From Acidobacteriota bacterium (GTDB lineage Bacteria > Acidobacteriota > UBA6911), in contig JAFGTD010000011.1 in NCBI GenBank assembly GCA_016934295.1, forward strand, positions 1-61,600: 61,600 nt of DNA, written 5' to 3'. Of this stretch, positions 10,232 to 20,103 are shown one piece after another; within the stretch, counting starts at the first letter, position 1; every line of letters begins with the position of its first letter. The notes below the pieces were generated by a model, which did not search any database, was not told where the DNA came from, and worked only from the letters and a program-made list of their open reading frames with translations. The translations under genes were made by a program, and so were the position numbers.

Positions 10232-12946
10232 GTGACGGTGGATATTTCCAAAATTATTCATCTGCTTGGCGATATGCTGGGACAGGTCATTTCCGAAATA
10301 GAATCCCCGGAAATTTTTAATGTCGAAGAAAGCACACGCTCCGACGCAAAGGCGCGGCGCGGAGGGGACCATGGCGCCGCCGCCCGGTTGCAGGGATCGA
10401 TCGCCTCCATGCCTATAGAGCATGCCCGGCCGGTAGCGTCCGCCTTTACCGTTTATTTCGATTTGGTGAACCTGGCGGAAGAACTTGTTGATACGAACCT
10501 GTTGATAGAGCGCGCAAACGAAGCGTATCCCCAGCCGTACGACGAATCGATCGGAGCTGCCGTGGCTGCCCTGAAGCAGCGCGGGGTGACTTCATCGGAT
10601 ATGGCCCGCCTGCTCGAATCCCTGTCTGTTGAATTGGTCCTGACCGCACACCCCACCGAGGCGCGGCGCCGTACCATTCACTCAAATTCCCGGCGCATAG
10701 GGCGTCTCCTCGAACAATCCCAGGATAAGAGATTGCCTCTTGCCCAAAGGGAACGCATTCTTGCTGCTTTGCATGCCCAGATCGTCCTTCTGTGGATGAC
10801 GGACCGCGCCCGTACGGCAAAGCCGGCCGTAACCGATGAAGTGCGCACCGGTCTGTACTTCATCGATACGACTCTGTGGGAGGTCGTTCCCCGTCTATAC
10901 GAGGACCTGGACAATGCACTGTCCGAGCACTTTCCGGAACTGCAGTGTGATCGCTCCTGGCTGCGCCTGGCCTCATGGATAGGCGGCGACCGCGACGGCA
11001 ATCCTTTTGTTACCGCCGAGGTGACGGCGGAGGCATTGCGGCTGCATCGCGGCCTGGCCGTTGAAAAGCACCGGGTTGCGTTGCAGGAATTGGCGCGTCA
11101 TCTCAGTATCAGCATTCATCGCATGCCTATGCCCGGTGCCCTGAAGGCATGGATCGACAGCCGGCGTCCGCTGCCGGAACATGTGTCTTATATCGAAAAG
11201 AGATACGCAACTGAACCTTATCGCCTGATATTTTCGCTTCTGGCCGCCGACCTGGCGGAAGCGTCCCGTGAAGATATGACCGGCAGGCTGCTCTCCAGCA
11301 AGCCGCATCGGGCTTTCGTGCAGCTGGACCGGTTAATGGAGCCGGTGCGAATTATTGCGTCCCATCTTCCTGCACGCCTGGCGAAAGATGAAATCCGTCT
11401 TCTTGAAAATCAACTCAGGGCATTTGGCCTGGCGGCCGCTCGCATGGATATCCGAGAAGACACCGCCGGATGGAATTCGGCTCTCGGAGAAGTTCTGCGG
11501 GCTCTCGAAATTGCACCCGAATTCGACAGCTTATCGGATGCGAACCGGTTGGAATTGTATTTAAACATGCTTGGCGACACCTTGCCGGAACTTTCCCCCC
11601 ATCCCGGCATCACTCCCGCCTCTGCCGAAACCTGGTCGCTGCTGCGCTTGATGGCGCGTGTGCGGTCGGTATATGGCGAGGAGCCGATCGGCGCCGTCAT
11701 TCTTTCAATGACGCATTCCGCGGCGGATGTTCTGGCTGTTCTGCTGATGCTGCGATGGGTCGGCTGCGACAGTCGCCAGCCTATCGTGCCGTTATTTGAG
11801 ACTATTGAGGATCTTGAATCCGCACCGGACATTCTGGACAAGCTGTTTTCCTCGGACATGTATCGTGCCCATCTGGAAACATGCAACAACGAACAGATTG
11901 TAATGATCGGCTATTCCGACAGCAATAAAGACGGCGGCTACCTGATGGCGAACTGGGCTCTCTACCGGGCACAGGAAGCCATCGCCCGCGTAGCAGAAAA
12001 ATATCGTATCCCATTGACCATCTTCCATGGCCGAGGCGGAACGATAGCGCGCGGCGGGGGACCTGCCAATCACGCGATACGGGCCCAGCCTCCCGGAAGC
12101 ATCCGGGGCAAATTTCGTTTGACCGAACAGGGTGAAATCATTGCCTCGCGCTACAGTAATAAAGATCTGGCACATCGTCATCTTGAACAGATAGTGCACG
12201 CGGTATTGCTGGCCTCCGCACCGGAAAGCGGTGACGCGAAGGAGGTGCCGGGCGTTTGGCGGGATGCGCTGCAGCGGGCATCCGTTGCCGCCCGCCGGGT
12301 TTATCGTGCCCTTGTATATGAAACCCCGGGCTTTATCGAATTCTGGCAGGCGGTAACCCCTCTGGATGAAATCAAACGTATGACGATCGGGTCGCGCCCC
12401 GCAACACGCAGCCATGTCGGGGAAGTCAATCAAATCCGCGCCATCCCCTGGGTCTTTTCCTGGATGCAGAGCCGCTTTAATCTGGCCGGTTGGTACAGTT
12501 TGGGAAGCGGACTTGCCGCCGTTGCAGATAAGAAATTGTTGCGCGAGATGTATGCCGCCTGGCCGTTTTTCAATACCTTGCTGGAGAATGCCGAAATGTC
12601 ATTGCTCAAGGCGGATATGGACATCGCGGCCTTGTATGTTCCTTTAGTGCCCGACCGGGCATCCGCAAGAAAGATTTTTTCACGGATTCGCGATGAGTTC
12701 CGACTCTCCTGCGAAACAGTGCTTACAATAAGCGGGCACAGCCGATTGCTGGAAGCCGACCCGGTTGCGCAGAATGCCGTACACTTGCGAAATCCCTACC
12801 TGGATCCGCTTAATTATCTGCAGGTCGAAATGCTCAGGCGGCTACGCTCGCTATCCGATTCTGAAGGCGCCGAGGCTGAAGCGCTGCGCGAGGTGGTCGT
12901 TTTGACGATTAACGGCATTGCCGCCGGCTTGCGCAGCACGGGATAA
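10232..12946 (+). CDS. ppc: Phosphoenolpyruvate carboxylase
   Basis: VLTAHPTE, SWIGGDRDGNP, MIGYSDSNKDGG, FHGRGGTIARGGGP and RAIPWVFSW motifs; 904 aa. Confidence 0.97.
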   Translation: MTVDISKIIHLLGDMLGQVISEIESPEIFNVEESTRSDAKARRGGDHGAAARLQGSIASMPIEHARPVASAFTVYFDLVNLAEELVDTNLLIERANEAYPQPYDESIGAAVAALKQRGVTSSDMARLLESLSVELVLTAHPTEARRRTIHSNSRRIGRLLEQSQDKRLPLAQRERILAALHAQIVLLWMTDRARTAKPAVTDEVRTGLYFIDTTLWEVVPRLYEDLDNALSEHFPELQCDRSWLRLASWIGGDRDGNPFVTAEVTAEALRLHRGLAVEKHRVALQELARHLSISIHRMPMPGALKAWIDSRRPLPEHVSYIEKRYATEPYRLIFSLLAADLAEASREDMTGRLLSSKPHRAFVQLDRLMEPVRIIASHLPARLAKDEIRLLENQLRAFGLAAARMDIREDTAGWNSALGEVLRALEIAPEFDSLSDANRLELYLNMLGDTLPELSPHPGITPASAETWSLLRLMARVRSVYGEEPIGAVILSMTHSAADVLAVLLMLRWVGCDSRQPIVPLFETIEDLESAPDILDKLFSSDMYRAHLETCNNEQIVMIGYSDSNKDGGYLMANWALYRAQEAIARVAEKYRIPLTIFHGRGGTIARGGGPANHAIRAQPPGSIRGKFRLTEQGEIIASRYSNKDLAHRHLEQIVHAVLLASAPESGDAKEVPGVWRDALQRASVAARRVYRALVYETPGFIEFWQAVTPLDEIKRMTIGSRPATRSHVGEVNQIRAIPWVFSWMQSRFNLAGWYSLGSGLAAVADKKLLREMYAAWPFFNTLLENAEMSLLKADMDIAALYVPLVPDRASARKIFSRIRDEFRLSCETVLTISGHSRLLEADPVAQNAVHLRNPYLDPLNYLQVEMLRRLRSLSDSEGAEAEALREVVVLTINGIAAGLRSTG

Positions 12947-12954
12947 AAATAAAT

Positions 12955-12978
12955 CAGACCATGGCTGCCCATGGTCTG
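12955..12978. terminator. Perfect 10-bp stem-loop downstream of ppc (possible terminator or mRNA stabiliser)
   Basis: CAGACCATGG-ctgc-CCATGGTCTG; no U-tract on the + strand. Confidence 0.4.
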
Positions 12979-13192
12979 GCATTGCCCCGAACAACAGGAT
13001 AGAATTGTGTAGGGGGATCTCCGGATGCACCCGACCCCGTTTGCCATAAGAAGGCGCGCGGCTTTTGGTGAGAGTCTGCCGAACAGAATAAACGCATCCG
13101 CGGTGGGAGATGCTGTGTACAGAATCCAACGGTTCTAACGAAAACATCCTGCCGTTTCCATGCAGGTGCCTAAATTATAGACGAGGGAAAAT

Positions 13193-14881
13193 ATGCCGGT
13201 GAATAAATCTGTTGCCTACTTTTCAATGGAGATTGCCCTGGACCCGGCAATGCCGACCTATAGCGGTGGTTTGGGCGTGCTGGCCGGAGATACGCTGCGC
13301 GCCGCCGCGGACCGCAACCTGCCGATGGTTGCCGTTACCCTGCTGCATCGCAAAGGCTATTTCTCGCAATCGCTCAATGAGAACGGCTGGCAGACTGAAG
13401 CGCCGTGCGTATGGGAAATTTCCGACCGTGCCGAAGAATTGCCGCAGCGTGTTTCGGTGGCGATCGAGGGCCGCAAGGTGCAGTTGCGCGCTTGGCGATT
13501 CGATATATGCGGCGTCTCGGGAGGCCGGGTCCCCGTCTATCTGCTCGACACCGACCTGCCTGAAAACTCGGAATGGGATCGCCGGTTGACCGATCACCTT
13601 TACGGCGGAGACAAATGGTATCGGCTCTGCCAGGAAATTGTTCTGGGTATCGGCGGCGTGCGGATGCTTCGGGCGCTTGGCTACAATCAATTAAAGCGAT
13701 TCCACATGAACGAGGGGCACGCCGCGTTGCTGGCGTTGGAATTGCTGGACGAACAGGCGCAACAGGCCGGCCGCGGGGAATTCAACGACGAGGACCTGAT
13801 TGCCGTTCACGACCTGTGCGTGTTTACCACCCACACCCCGGTGCCGGCCGGACATGACAAGTTCCCGATGGAGTATGTATCCCGCGCGCTTGGACGCCCG
13901 GATATCGTGCGGCACCAGGGTGTATTCTGCTGCGAGGGCGAGCTGAATATGACATATCTCGCGCTGAACCTCAGCCACTACGTAAACGGAGTTGCCAAGA
14001 AACACGGCGAGGTTTCCCAGCACATGTTCGCACAATACAAAATTGACGCTATTACCAACGGTGTGCACGCGGCAACCTGGACCAGCGAGCCGTTTCAGGC
14101 ATTGTTCGACAGTCGTATCCCCGGGTGGCGTGATGACAGCTTCATGCTGCGCTATGCGCTGAATTTCCCGCAGAAGGAGATCTGGACCGCCCATCAGCAG
14201 GCGAAGGCAAAATTGCTGGAACGTATTCAAAGTGAGACAGGCGCCAAAATGGATCCGTATATCCTTACGCTGGGCTTCGCCCGCCGCGCCGCCACCTACA
14301 AACGCGCCGACCTGATCTTCCGCGACCTTGCGCGCCTCAAATCCATCGCAGAGAACACCCGCAAGTTTCAGATTGTTTTTGCCGGGAAGGCCCATCCGCA
14401 GGACCAGGAAGGCAAGAAGCTGATCCAGAGAGTCTGGCAGGCGAGCGAAACGCTGGGCGTCAGTGTTAACGTGGCCTATCTGTCCGACTACGGCTGGGAG
14501 CTCGGCCTGCTTATGACATCCGGAGTGGACGTTTGGCTGAACACACCCAAGCCGCCGATGGAAGCCTCGGGAACGAGCGGCATGAAAGCGGCCCTGAACG
14601 GCGTGCCGAGCCTGAGCATTCTGGATGGCTGGTGGATTGAAGGCTGTATCGAAGGAACGACCGGCTGGGCGATTGATTCCATTGCACCCGATGCCGAGGA
14701 CCGTACACCGCACGACGCCGAATCGCTTTACGATAAGCTCGAAAACGTCGTCATCCCGTTATACTATCAGGATCAAGACGGCTGGCTGGATATTATGCGC
14801 CACGCCATTGCATTGAACGGATCTTTTTTCAACACACAACGCATGTTATTGCAGTATGTCCTGAAAGCATACTTTGTATAA
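13193..14881 (+). CDS. glgP: Alpha-glucan (glycogen) phosphorylase, short form
   Basis: [36 protein letters not shown] and the PLP motif [10 protein letters not shown]. Confidence 0.95.
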   Translation: MPVNKSVAYFSMEIALDPAMPTYSGGLGVLAGDTLRAAADRNLPMVAVTLLHRKGYFSQSLNENGWQTEAPCVWEISDRAEELPQRVSVAIEGRKVQLRAWRFDICGVSGGRVPVYLLDTDLPENSEWDRRLTDHLYGGDKWYRLCQEIVLGIGGVRMLRALGYNQLKRFHMNEGHAALLALELLDEQAQQAGRGEFNDEDLIAVHDLCVFTTHTPVPAGHDKFPMEYVSRALGRPDIVRHQGVFCCEGELNMTYLALNLSHYVNGVAKKHGEVSQHMFAQYKIDAITNGVHAATWTSEPFQALFDSRIPGWRDDSFMLRYALNFPQKEIWTAHQQAKAKLLERIQSETGAKMDPYILTLGFARRAATYKRADLIFRDLARLKSIAENTRKFQIVFAGKAHPQDQEGKKLIQRVWQASETLGVSVNVAYLSDYGWELGLLMTSGVDVWLNTPKPPMEASGTSGMKAALNGVPSLSILDGWWIEGCIEGTTGWAIDSIAPDAEDRTPHDAESLYDKLENVVIPLYYQDQDGWLDIMRHAIALNGSFFNTQRMLLQYVLKAYFV

Positions 14882-15059
14882 GAATTCCCGTTGATGCATT
14901 TCTTCAAAAAGATGTCCTGCGTCATTAAACATATTTTACCTCCGCAAAATAGGATAATATGCATCCTATAGGTCGATAACACCTTCCGGAGAGGGATTTT
15001 ACGGGGCTCCGATTTCCGATGTTTCCGGTATTCATTCCCGACTGTGAATGGAAGGATCT

Positions 15060-16292
15060 ATGAAAGGTATTAAATCGTTAAGGGAAACTCTAACCTTCGT
15101 CCTGGCGGGGGGGCAGGGGGAGAGACTGAATCCTTTGACCCGTGGGCGCAGCAAGCCGGCTGTTCCCTTTGGGGGACACTATCGAATTATCGACTTTACC
15201 CTTTCAAATTGCGTCAATTCGGGCCTCATGCGTATATTTGTCCTGACGCAGTACCGGAGCCTGTCCCTCGATCGACACCTGAAATGGGGTTGGAATATCT
15301 TCTCCAGAGCCGCCGGTGAGTTCCTTTTTACGGTTCCACCGCAGTTTCGAACGGCAACCAGCTGGTACAAGGGAACCGCGGATGCCGTTTTCCAGAATAT
15401 TGATATATTGGAGCAATGGAAACCCTCGCGCGTTCTGATTCTTGGCGGCGACCATATATACAAGATGGATTACAGCCGGATGATCGAGGCCCATATGCAG
15501 ACCGGGGCTACCGTTACTGTGGCAACGGTGGACTTCGACAGGGCTGCTGCCGGTCGAATGGGAGTTCTGGGGACCGACGATCAAAACCGGATTCTGAGTT
15601 TTGAAGAGAAACCCGAAAATCCGAAACCCATTCCCGGCCGGACGGATTTATCCAGAGTCAATATGGGAGTGTACGTTTTTGAGACCGAGACGCTGTGTAA
15701 AGCCATATCGGAGGACTCTCAACTTGACAGTTCCCACGATTTCGGGCGAGATATCATTCCCGGCCTTATAAAGGACAAAAAAATTTATGCCTATCCGTTT
15801 GTCGATGAAAACCGCAAGGAGATAAACTACTGGCGCGATATCGGGACGCTGGATTCCTACTACGAAGCCAGCATGGATCTGATAAAGACAAATCCCCTGT
15901 TCAACTTATACGATACGTCCTTCCCGGTACTAAGCTTTTCCGATCTTCGCCCCCCGGTGAAAACGGTTTTTGCCGGCGAGGAAGAAAACCGCATCGGCAT
16001 TGCGCTGGATTCGCTTGTCTGCAACGGCTGCATCATCAGCGGAGGTCGTGTGGAGAGATCCATCCTTTCTCCGGATGTTCGGATCAATTCTTTTTCGCTG
16101 GTGCAGGATTCAATCCTGTTCGATAGGGTAAATGTCGGACGCAATGCCCGCGTCCGCCGGGCTATTATCGATAAGGATGTTAAAATCCCTCCCGGCTTTT
16201 CAATCGGCTACGACCGCAAAAAGGATGCGGAGCGGTTCACGGTTACTGACAGTGGTATTGTTGTCATTCCCAAGGGTGAGAAGATTGATTGA
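15060..16292 (+). CDS. glgC: Glucose-1-phosphate adenylyltransferase
   Basis: VLAGGQGERLNPLT..RSKPAVPFGG, GTADAV, GDHIYKMDY and YWRDIGT motifs; GAAGGA RBS before ATG 15060. Confidence 0.97.
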   Translation: MKGIKSLRETLTFVLAGGQGERLNPLTRGRSKPAVPFGGHYRIIDFTLSNCVNSGLMRIFVLTQYRSLSLDRHLKWGWNIFSRAAGEFLFTVPPQFRTATSWYKGTADAVFQNIDILEQWKPSRVLILGGDHIYKMDYSRMIEAHMQTGATVTVATVDFDRAAAGRMGVLGTDDQNRILSFEEKPENPKPIPGRTDLSRVNMGVYVFETETLCKAISEDSQLDSSHDFGRDIIPGLIKDKKIYAYPFVDENRKEINYWRDIGTLDSYYEASMDLIKTNPLFNLYDTSFPVLSFSDLRPPVKTVFAGEEENRIGIALDSLVCNGCIISGGRVERSILSPDVRINSFSLVQDSILFDRVNVGRNARVRRAIIDKDVKIPPGFSIGYDRKKDAERFTVTDSGIVVIPKGEKID

Positions 16293-16452
16293 TAATAAAT
16301 AGATTCTCCTCATTGCTTCGGACAGGTGCATATATTCATTCAACAAACGTGAGAGCAATCATTATAAGCAACTGTGTGATGTCTACCGCCATCGTAATAT
16401 TATCAATAACAAATTCAACCTTTCCGCTGATGAGTAACAGGGAGTTACGAAT

Positions 16453-18615
16453 ATGGATATAAAATCCATCTCGCGAAAGGTAACCGGCAGATTTCGCGCC
16501 AACGGCACACAGCCGGCTCGTTTTGGCACATTCTCAGGAGTTTTCACGCCGGACCTTCTATGCATTCTTGGCGTCATAATGTATCTCAGACTTGGGTGGG
16601 TTGTCGGAAACACCGGTCTGCTGGGGGCTTTGGCTATAATTGTAATGGCTAAAGCCGTCACAATCTGCACCGGCCTGTCAATGTCATCCATCACGACAAA
16701 CATCAAGATCGGTCCGGGCGGGGCCTATTCCATCATCTCAAAATCACTCGGCTTGGAAGCCGGCGGCAGTATAGGGATTCCCTTTTATATATCACAGACC
16801 TTATCGGTCTCTTTATATATAGTCGGCTTCACAAGTGGGTGGATCCGGGCATTTCCTTCACACCCACCGATATTGGTTTCACTTCTTACATGGCTTCTAT
16901 TGCTGGGAATTTCCTACATAAGCGCTCATTTTGCGATAAAGATACAATATGTAATCATGGGGATCATCGGGCTGTCACTCTTTTCTTTCTTTTTAACCCC
17001 CAACAGACCCATCCCGGAAATACCGATGCTCGGCAGCTTTGAGGATGGAGGCTTCTGGGCTACGTTCGCAATCTTCTTCCCGGCGGTAACGGGAATCATG
17101 GCGGGATCAAACATGTCAGGAGAGCTGGTTAATCCACGCAGATCCATCCCCATGGGGACGTTAAGTTCCATTGGCGTCGCTATGATTATCTACGTTGCAT
17201 TGGCTTATATGTCTGCCCGATACATTCCTACGGGTGAGTTGCAGTCCAACTTTACTGCAATGGTTGATAATGCCCTCATGCCTTCGCTGGTATTGTGCGG
17301 GATATTGGCGGCAACATTCTCGTCGGCATTGGCAAGTCTTGTCGGCGCCCCAAGGATACTGTCGGCATTGGCCGAACAGAAGACAGTTCCCTTGTCCAAA
17401 TTCTTTTCGGTAAAAGCAGCCAATAACGAACCGCGCAACGCCACTATCTTTACCGGCGTGATTATTCTCGTATCAATCCTTATGGGCGACCTCAATGCGC
17501 TGGCATCTTTGATCACCATGTTTTTCCTTATTACTTACGGGACCTTGAACCTGGTGGTGTTTTTGCAGCAGAACATGAATATGATCAGTTTTCGACCGAC
17601 ATTTAAAGTGCCAAAAGTCGTCCCCCTGGCTGGGGCGGCAAGCTGCCTGTTAATCATGTTTCTGATCAACCCGGTTTTCAGCTTCATTGCCATCATTACT
17701 ATAGTTTTCCTTTACGGTTGGCTGACTCGCCGGGGATTACAGGCTGATTGGGGGGATATCCGTGGCGGTATGTTCCTGGTGCTGGCGGAAAGGGCGTCGC
17801 GTCTGGCGGCCAAGTTCCCGCGTCATCAGATTTCGTGGAAACCGGACCTGTTGATTCCGATTGACGATCCGAAAGTATGGAGCGGCTCTCTACTGTTTAT
17901 TCGCAGCATAACCCATCCTTCCGGAAGCATATTCGCTTTCACGGTTAAAGATACCGACGTTGAACAAACCAATACAGATCTGAAGGAACTTCTGGCACCG
18001 CTGTCCAGGGAGCAAATACTTATCAACTCCACCGTGATCGAAGACGGTCGGTTTCTGCATGGGGCAAAAATGGTCATTCAAACACTCCGTGGAGGTACCT
18101 TGCGTCCCAACAGCCTGTTTCTCACTGCAGGCAGCAACTCCCAGAAGGACGCCAATATTATCCAACTCGCTAAATACGCTGCCCAATCAAAACTTGGAAT
18201 CATCCTTCTCAATCAACATCCACGCGTAGCCTTTGGAGTTCAGAAGGACGTCAATATATGGCTCAGGGATGAGAGCCCCAACTGGCATCTGGCCATGTTG
18301 ATCGCGCTGCAGATCCACCAGAACTGGGACGGCCGATTGAACCTGATTACGGTTTCGCCTGACAAGTCGCAAAAAAAACGTCTTTATGCTTTTTTGGAAT
18401 ACCTGTCCGATCAGGCGCGTTTGCCCTCTATTACCGAGCTCTGTGTTCTTGAGGGAAAATTCCTTGAAGCAATGCCCGATGCACCCAGAGCGGACATTAA
18501 CATCTTTGGTATAGCACCAGAGATATCCTTGGATTTAGTGCGTCGTATTGGTGCGACGGCCAACTCATCCTGTCTTTTTGTCGGAGATTCCGGCCAGGAG
18601 AGTGTGCTCGTGTGA
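16453..18615 (+). CDS. Cation-chloride cotransporter (SLC12/CCC-like, APC superfamily)
   Basis: FGTFSGVFTP, GGAYSIISKSLGLEAGGSIG, FFPAVTGIMAGSNMSGEL, ~12 TM segments and a cytoplasmic C-domain starting WKPDLL. Confidence 0.9.
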   Translation: MDIKSISRKVTGRFRANGTQPARFGTFSGVFTPDLLCILGVIMYLRLGWVVGNTGLLGALAIIVMAKAVTICTGLSMSSITTNIKIGPGGAYSIISKSLGLEAGGSIGIPFYISQTLSVSLYIVGFTSGWIRAFPSHPPILVSLLTWLLLLGISYISAHFAIKIQYVIMGIIGLSLFSFFLTPNRPIPEIPMLGSFEDGGFWATFAIFFPAVTGIMAGSNMSGELVNPRRSIPMGTLSSIGVAMIIYVALAYMSARYIPTGELQSNFTAMVDNALMPSLVLCGILAATFSSALASLVGAPRILSALAEQKTVPLSKFFSVKAANNEPRNATIFTGVIILVSILMGDLNALASLITMFFLITYGTLNLVVFLQQNMNMISFRPTFKVPKVVPLAGAASCLLIMFLINPVFSFIAIITIVFLYGWLTRRGLQADWGDIRGGMFLVLAERASRLAAKFPRHQISWKPDLLIPIDDPKVWSGSLLFIRSITHPSGSIFAFTVKDTDVEQTNTDLKELLAPLSREQILINSTVIEDGRFLHGAKMVIQTLRGGTLRPNSLFLTAGSNSQKDANIIQLAKYAAQSKLGIILLNQHPRVAFGVQKDVNIWLRDESPNWHLAMLIALQIHQNWDGRLNLITVSPDKSQKKRLYAFLEYLSDQARLPSITELCVLEGKFLEAMPDAPRADINIFGIAPEISLDLVRRIGATANSSCLFVGDSGQESVLV

Positions 18616-19579
18616 AAAATGCGGGCCAGATATCCGTTTTTGACGTGGAGATATTATCCGCCCGGGCGCCTGGTTTGCCCTCCACCGTGTTGTCATAGAA
18701 ACGCTGGGTCGGGTATGCAAAGTCTATGTCATCTTCGGTTGAAAAAGCCTGGAGGATATCCTCCCAAATGTTTTGTGTCGTTCCCCGCCGCTTCCTCGGA
18801 TCGCACAGATGTCGAATGGTCAGCAAAACGCCGCAGTCTTGAACAGAGGTGTAAACGGTCGGAGTCAGCGTAGTGTAGAAGATCATGAACCTGCGCGCCG
18901 CTTTGAGAAGGCGGTCCGCCGCGGCCTGGCTCATTTCCTCCCCGTGCTTGTTGGCGATGTCCATGAGCAGCTTTTTGGCCTTGCGCCAATTGCTCTCAAA
19001 GGTGACAAGCACCGGGATCTCGTTCCATATGTGCTGGAATCCCTTGCTGTAGTTGGCCGGGTTGTCGCTGAAAATTCGCCCGTTATTCACGTGGACTATG
19101 CGGCCCGTGCTCTGGTCCGCATCCACCCAGTTTCCGATTTCGAGCAGCGTGAACTGGAAAATGCGAAGGTCGATGACATCACCGGCCATATCCCCGATCT
19201 GCACGCGATCCCCGACTTCAAACGGGTGGCGCCAGATAATGAAGATCCAGCCGACGAAATTTGCGACAAGCTCTTTGAGCGCTATGGCCAGCCCGGCCGA
19301 TAGGATGCCGAAATAGGTTACAAGCGAACCGACGCCTTCCAGCCAGATCCGCGCCACCAGGATGGTTGCTATTATAACCGTGAAGTACAGACTTGTCTTT
19401 TTCCACCGATAGCGGATTTTGATGTCGACCCAGCGGCGGAACGCCACGGCCAGGACTATCCAGCGTATCGCGGCGAATCCCACGATAATAAGAAACGAAG
19501 CCAGCAGTTTCCCCGATGTAATGGCTTCGATGCCGGTGTGCTTCTGCAACCATTCCGTCAACGGCTGTGATATCTCCAT
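18497..19579 (-). CDS. mscS: Small-conductance mechanosensitive channel (MscS family)
   Basis: Hydrophobic N-terminus, GLAIALKELVANFVG, PFEVGDRVQIGDMAGDVIDL, IDFAYPTQR. The tail runs antisense into the convergent gene. Confidence 0.9.
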   Translation of the reverse strand: MEISQPLTEWLQKHTGIEAITSGKLLASFLIIVGFAAIRWIVLAVAFRRWVDIKIRYRWKKTSLYFTVIIATILVARIWLEGVGSLVTYFGILSAGLAIALKELVANFVGWIFIIWRHPFEVGDRVQIGDMAGDVIDLRIFQFTLLEIGNWVDADQSTGRIVHVNNGRIFSDNPANYSKGFQHIWNEIPVLVTFESNWRKAKKLLMDIANKHGEEMSQAAADRLLKAARRFMIFYTTLTPTVYTSVQDCGVLLTIRHLCDPRKRRGTTQNIWEDILQAFSTEDDIDFAYPTQRFYDNTVEGKPGARADNISTSKTDIWPAFFTRAHSPGRNLRQKDRMSWPSHQYDALNPRISLVLYQRC

Positions 19580-19614
19580 TACAACCCCGGATGAATCATG
19601 TTCCAGTCAGAAGG

Positions 19615-20103
19615 TTATATTCCCTTAACATATATGTTTTTTGAATCTCCCGGTGCGTAAAAATCTTTCAGTGTTGCTTCGAGTCGATAGGCGTTGTTGA
19701 TGTAAAATGCCCGGGTGGGCGCATACTGATTCCGCGAAGAGGTCTCCACATAAATACGGCGCCCGTTCATTGCATGGATCGCTTCTTCGCTTTTCTTGAG
19801 AAGCTCTTTGCCGATCCTTTGCCCGCGGAGATCCTGATCCACGGCGATCCAGTAGAGATCAAAGCTGCATTGCGTTCCGGAAATCGGCCCGAAACACGCA
19901 TAGCCGACCGTCCGGCCGTTCATTTCGGCGAAAATGAAAAAATAGCCGCTTTTTTCTCCTTTTGAAATCCGGTCGTCGACAAGTTCCGCCGCTATGTCTA
20001 TTTCTTCGGGATTAAAAAAACCGCTCGATTCCGCTATCTTTCGTACTTTGTCCGAGTCGGCAGGCTCCACTTTGTAACGGTATTCAATTCTTGCCGCTTT
20101 CAA
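19615..20103 (-). CDS. GNAT family N-acetyltransferase
   Basis: LYWIAVDQDLRGQRIGKELL (acetyl-CoA motif A), TRAFYINNAY; probable TTG start at 20103 with GAGG upstream. Confidence 0.88.
   Translation of the reverse strand: MKAARIEYRYKVEPADSDKVRKIAESSGFFNPEEIDIAAELVDDRISKGEKSGYFFIFAEMNGRTVGYACFGPISGTQCSFDLYWIAVDQDLRGQRIGKELLKKSEEAIHAMNGRRIYVETSSRNQYAPTRAFYINNAYRLEATLKDFYAPGDSKNIYVKGI

Noticed and set aside
12979-13192. Riboswitch or ncRNA upstream of glgP
   Set aside because: No family consensus recognised; at most a decayed GTAG-type REP near 13008.
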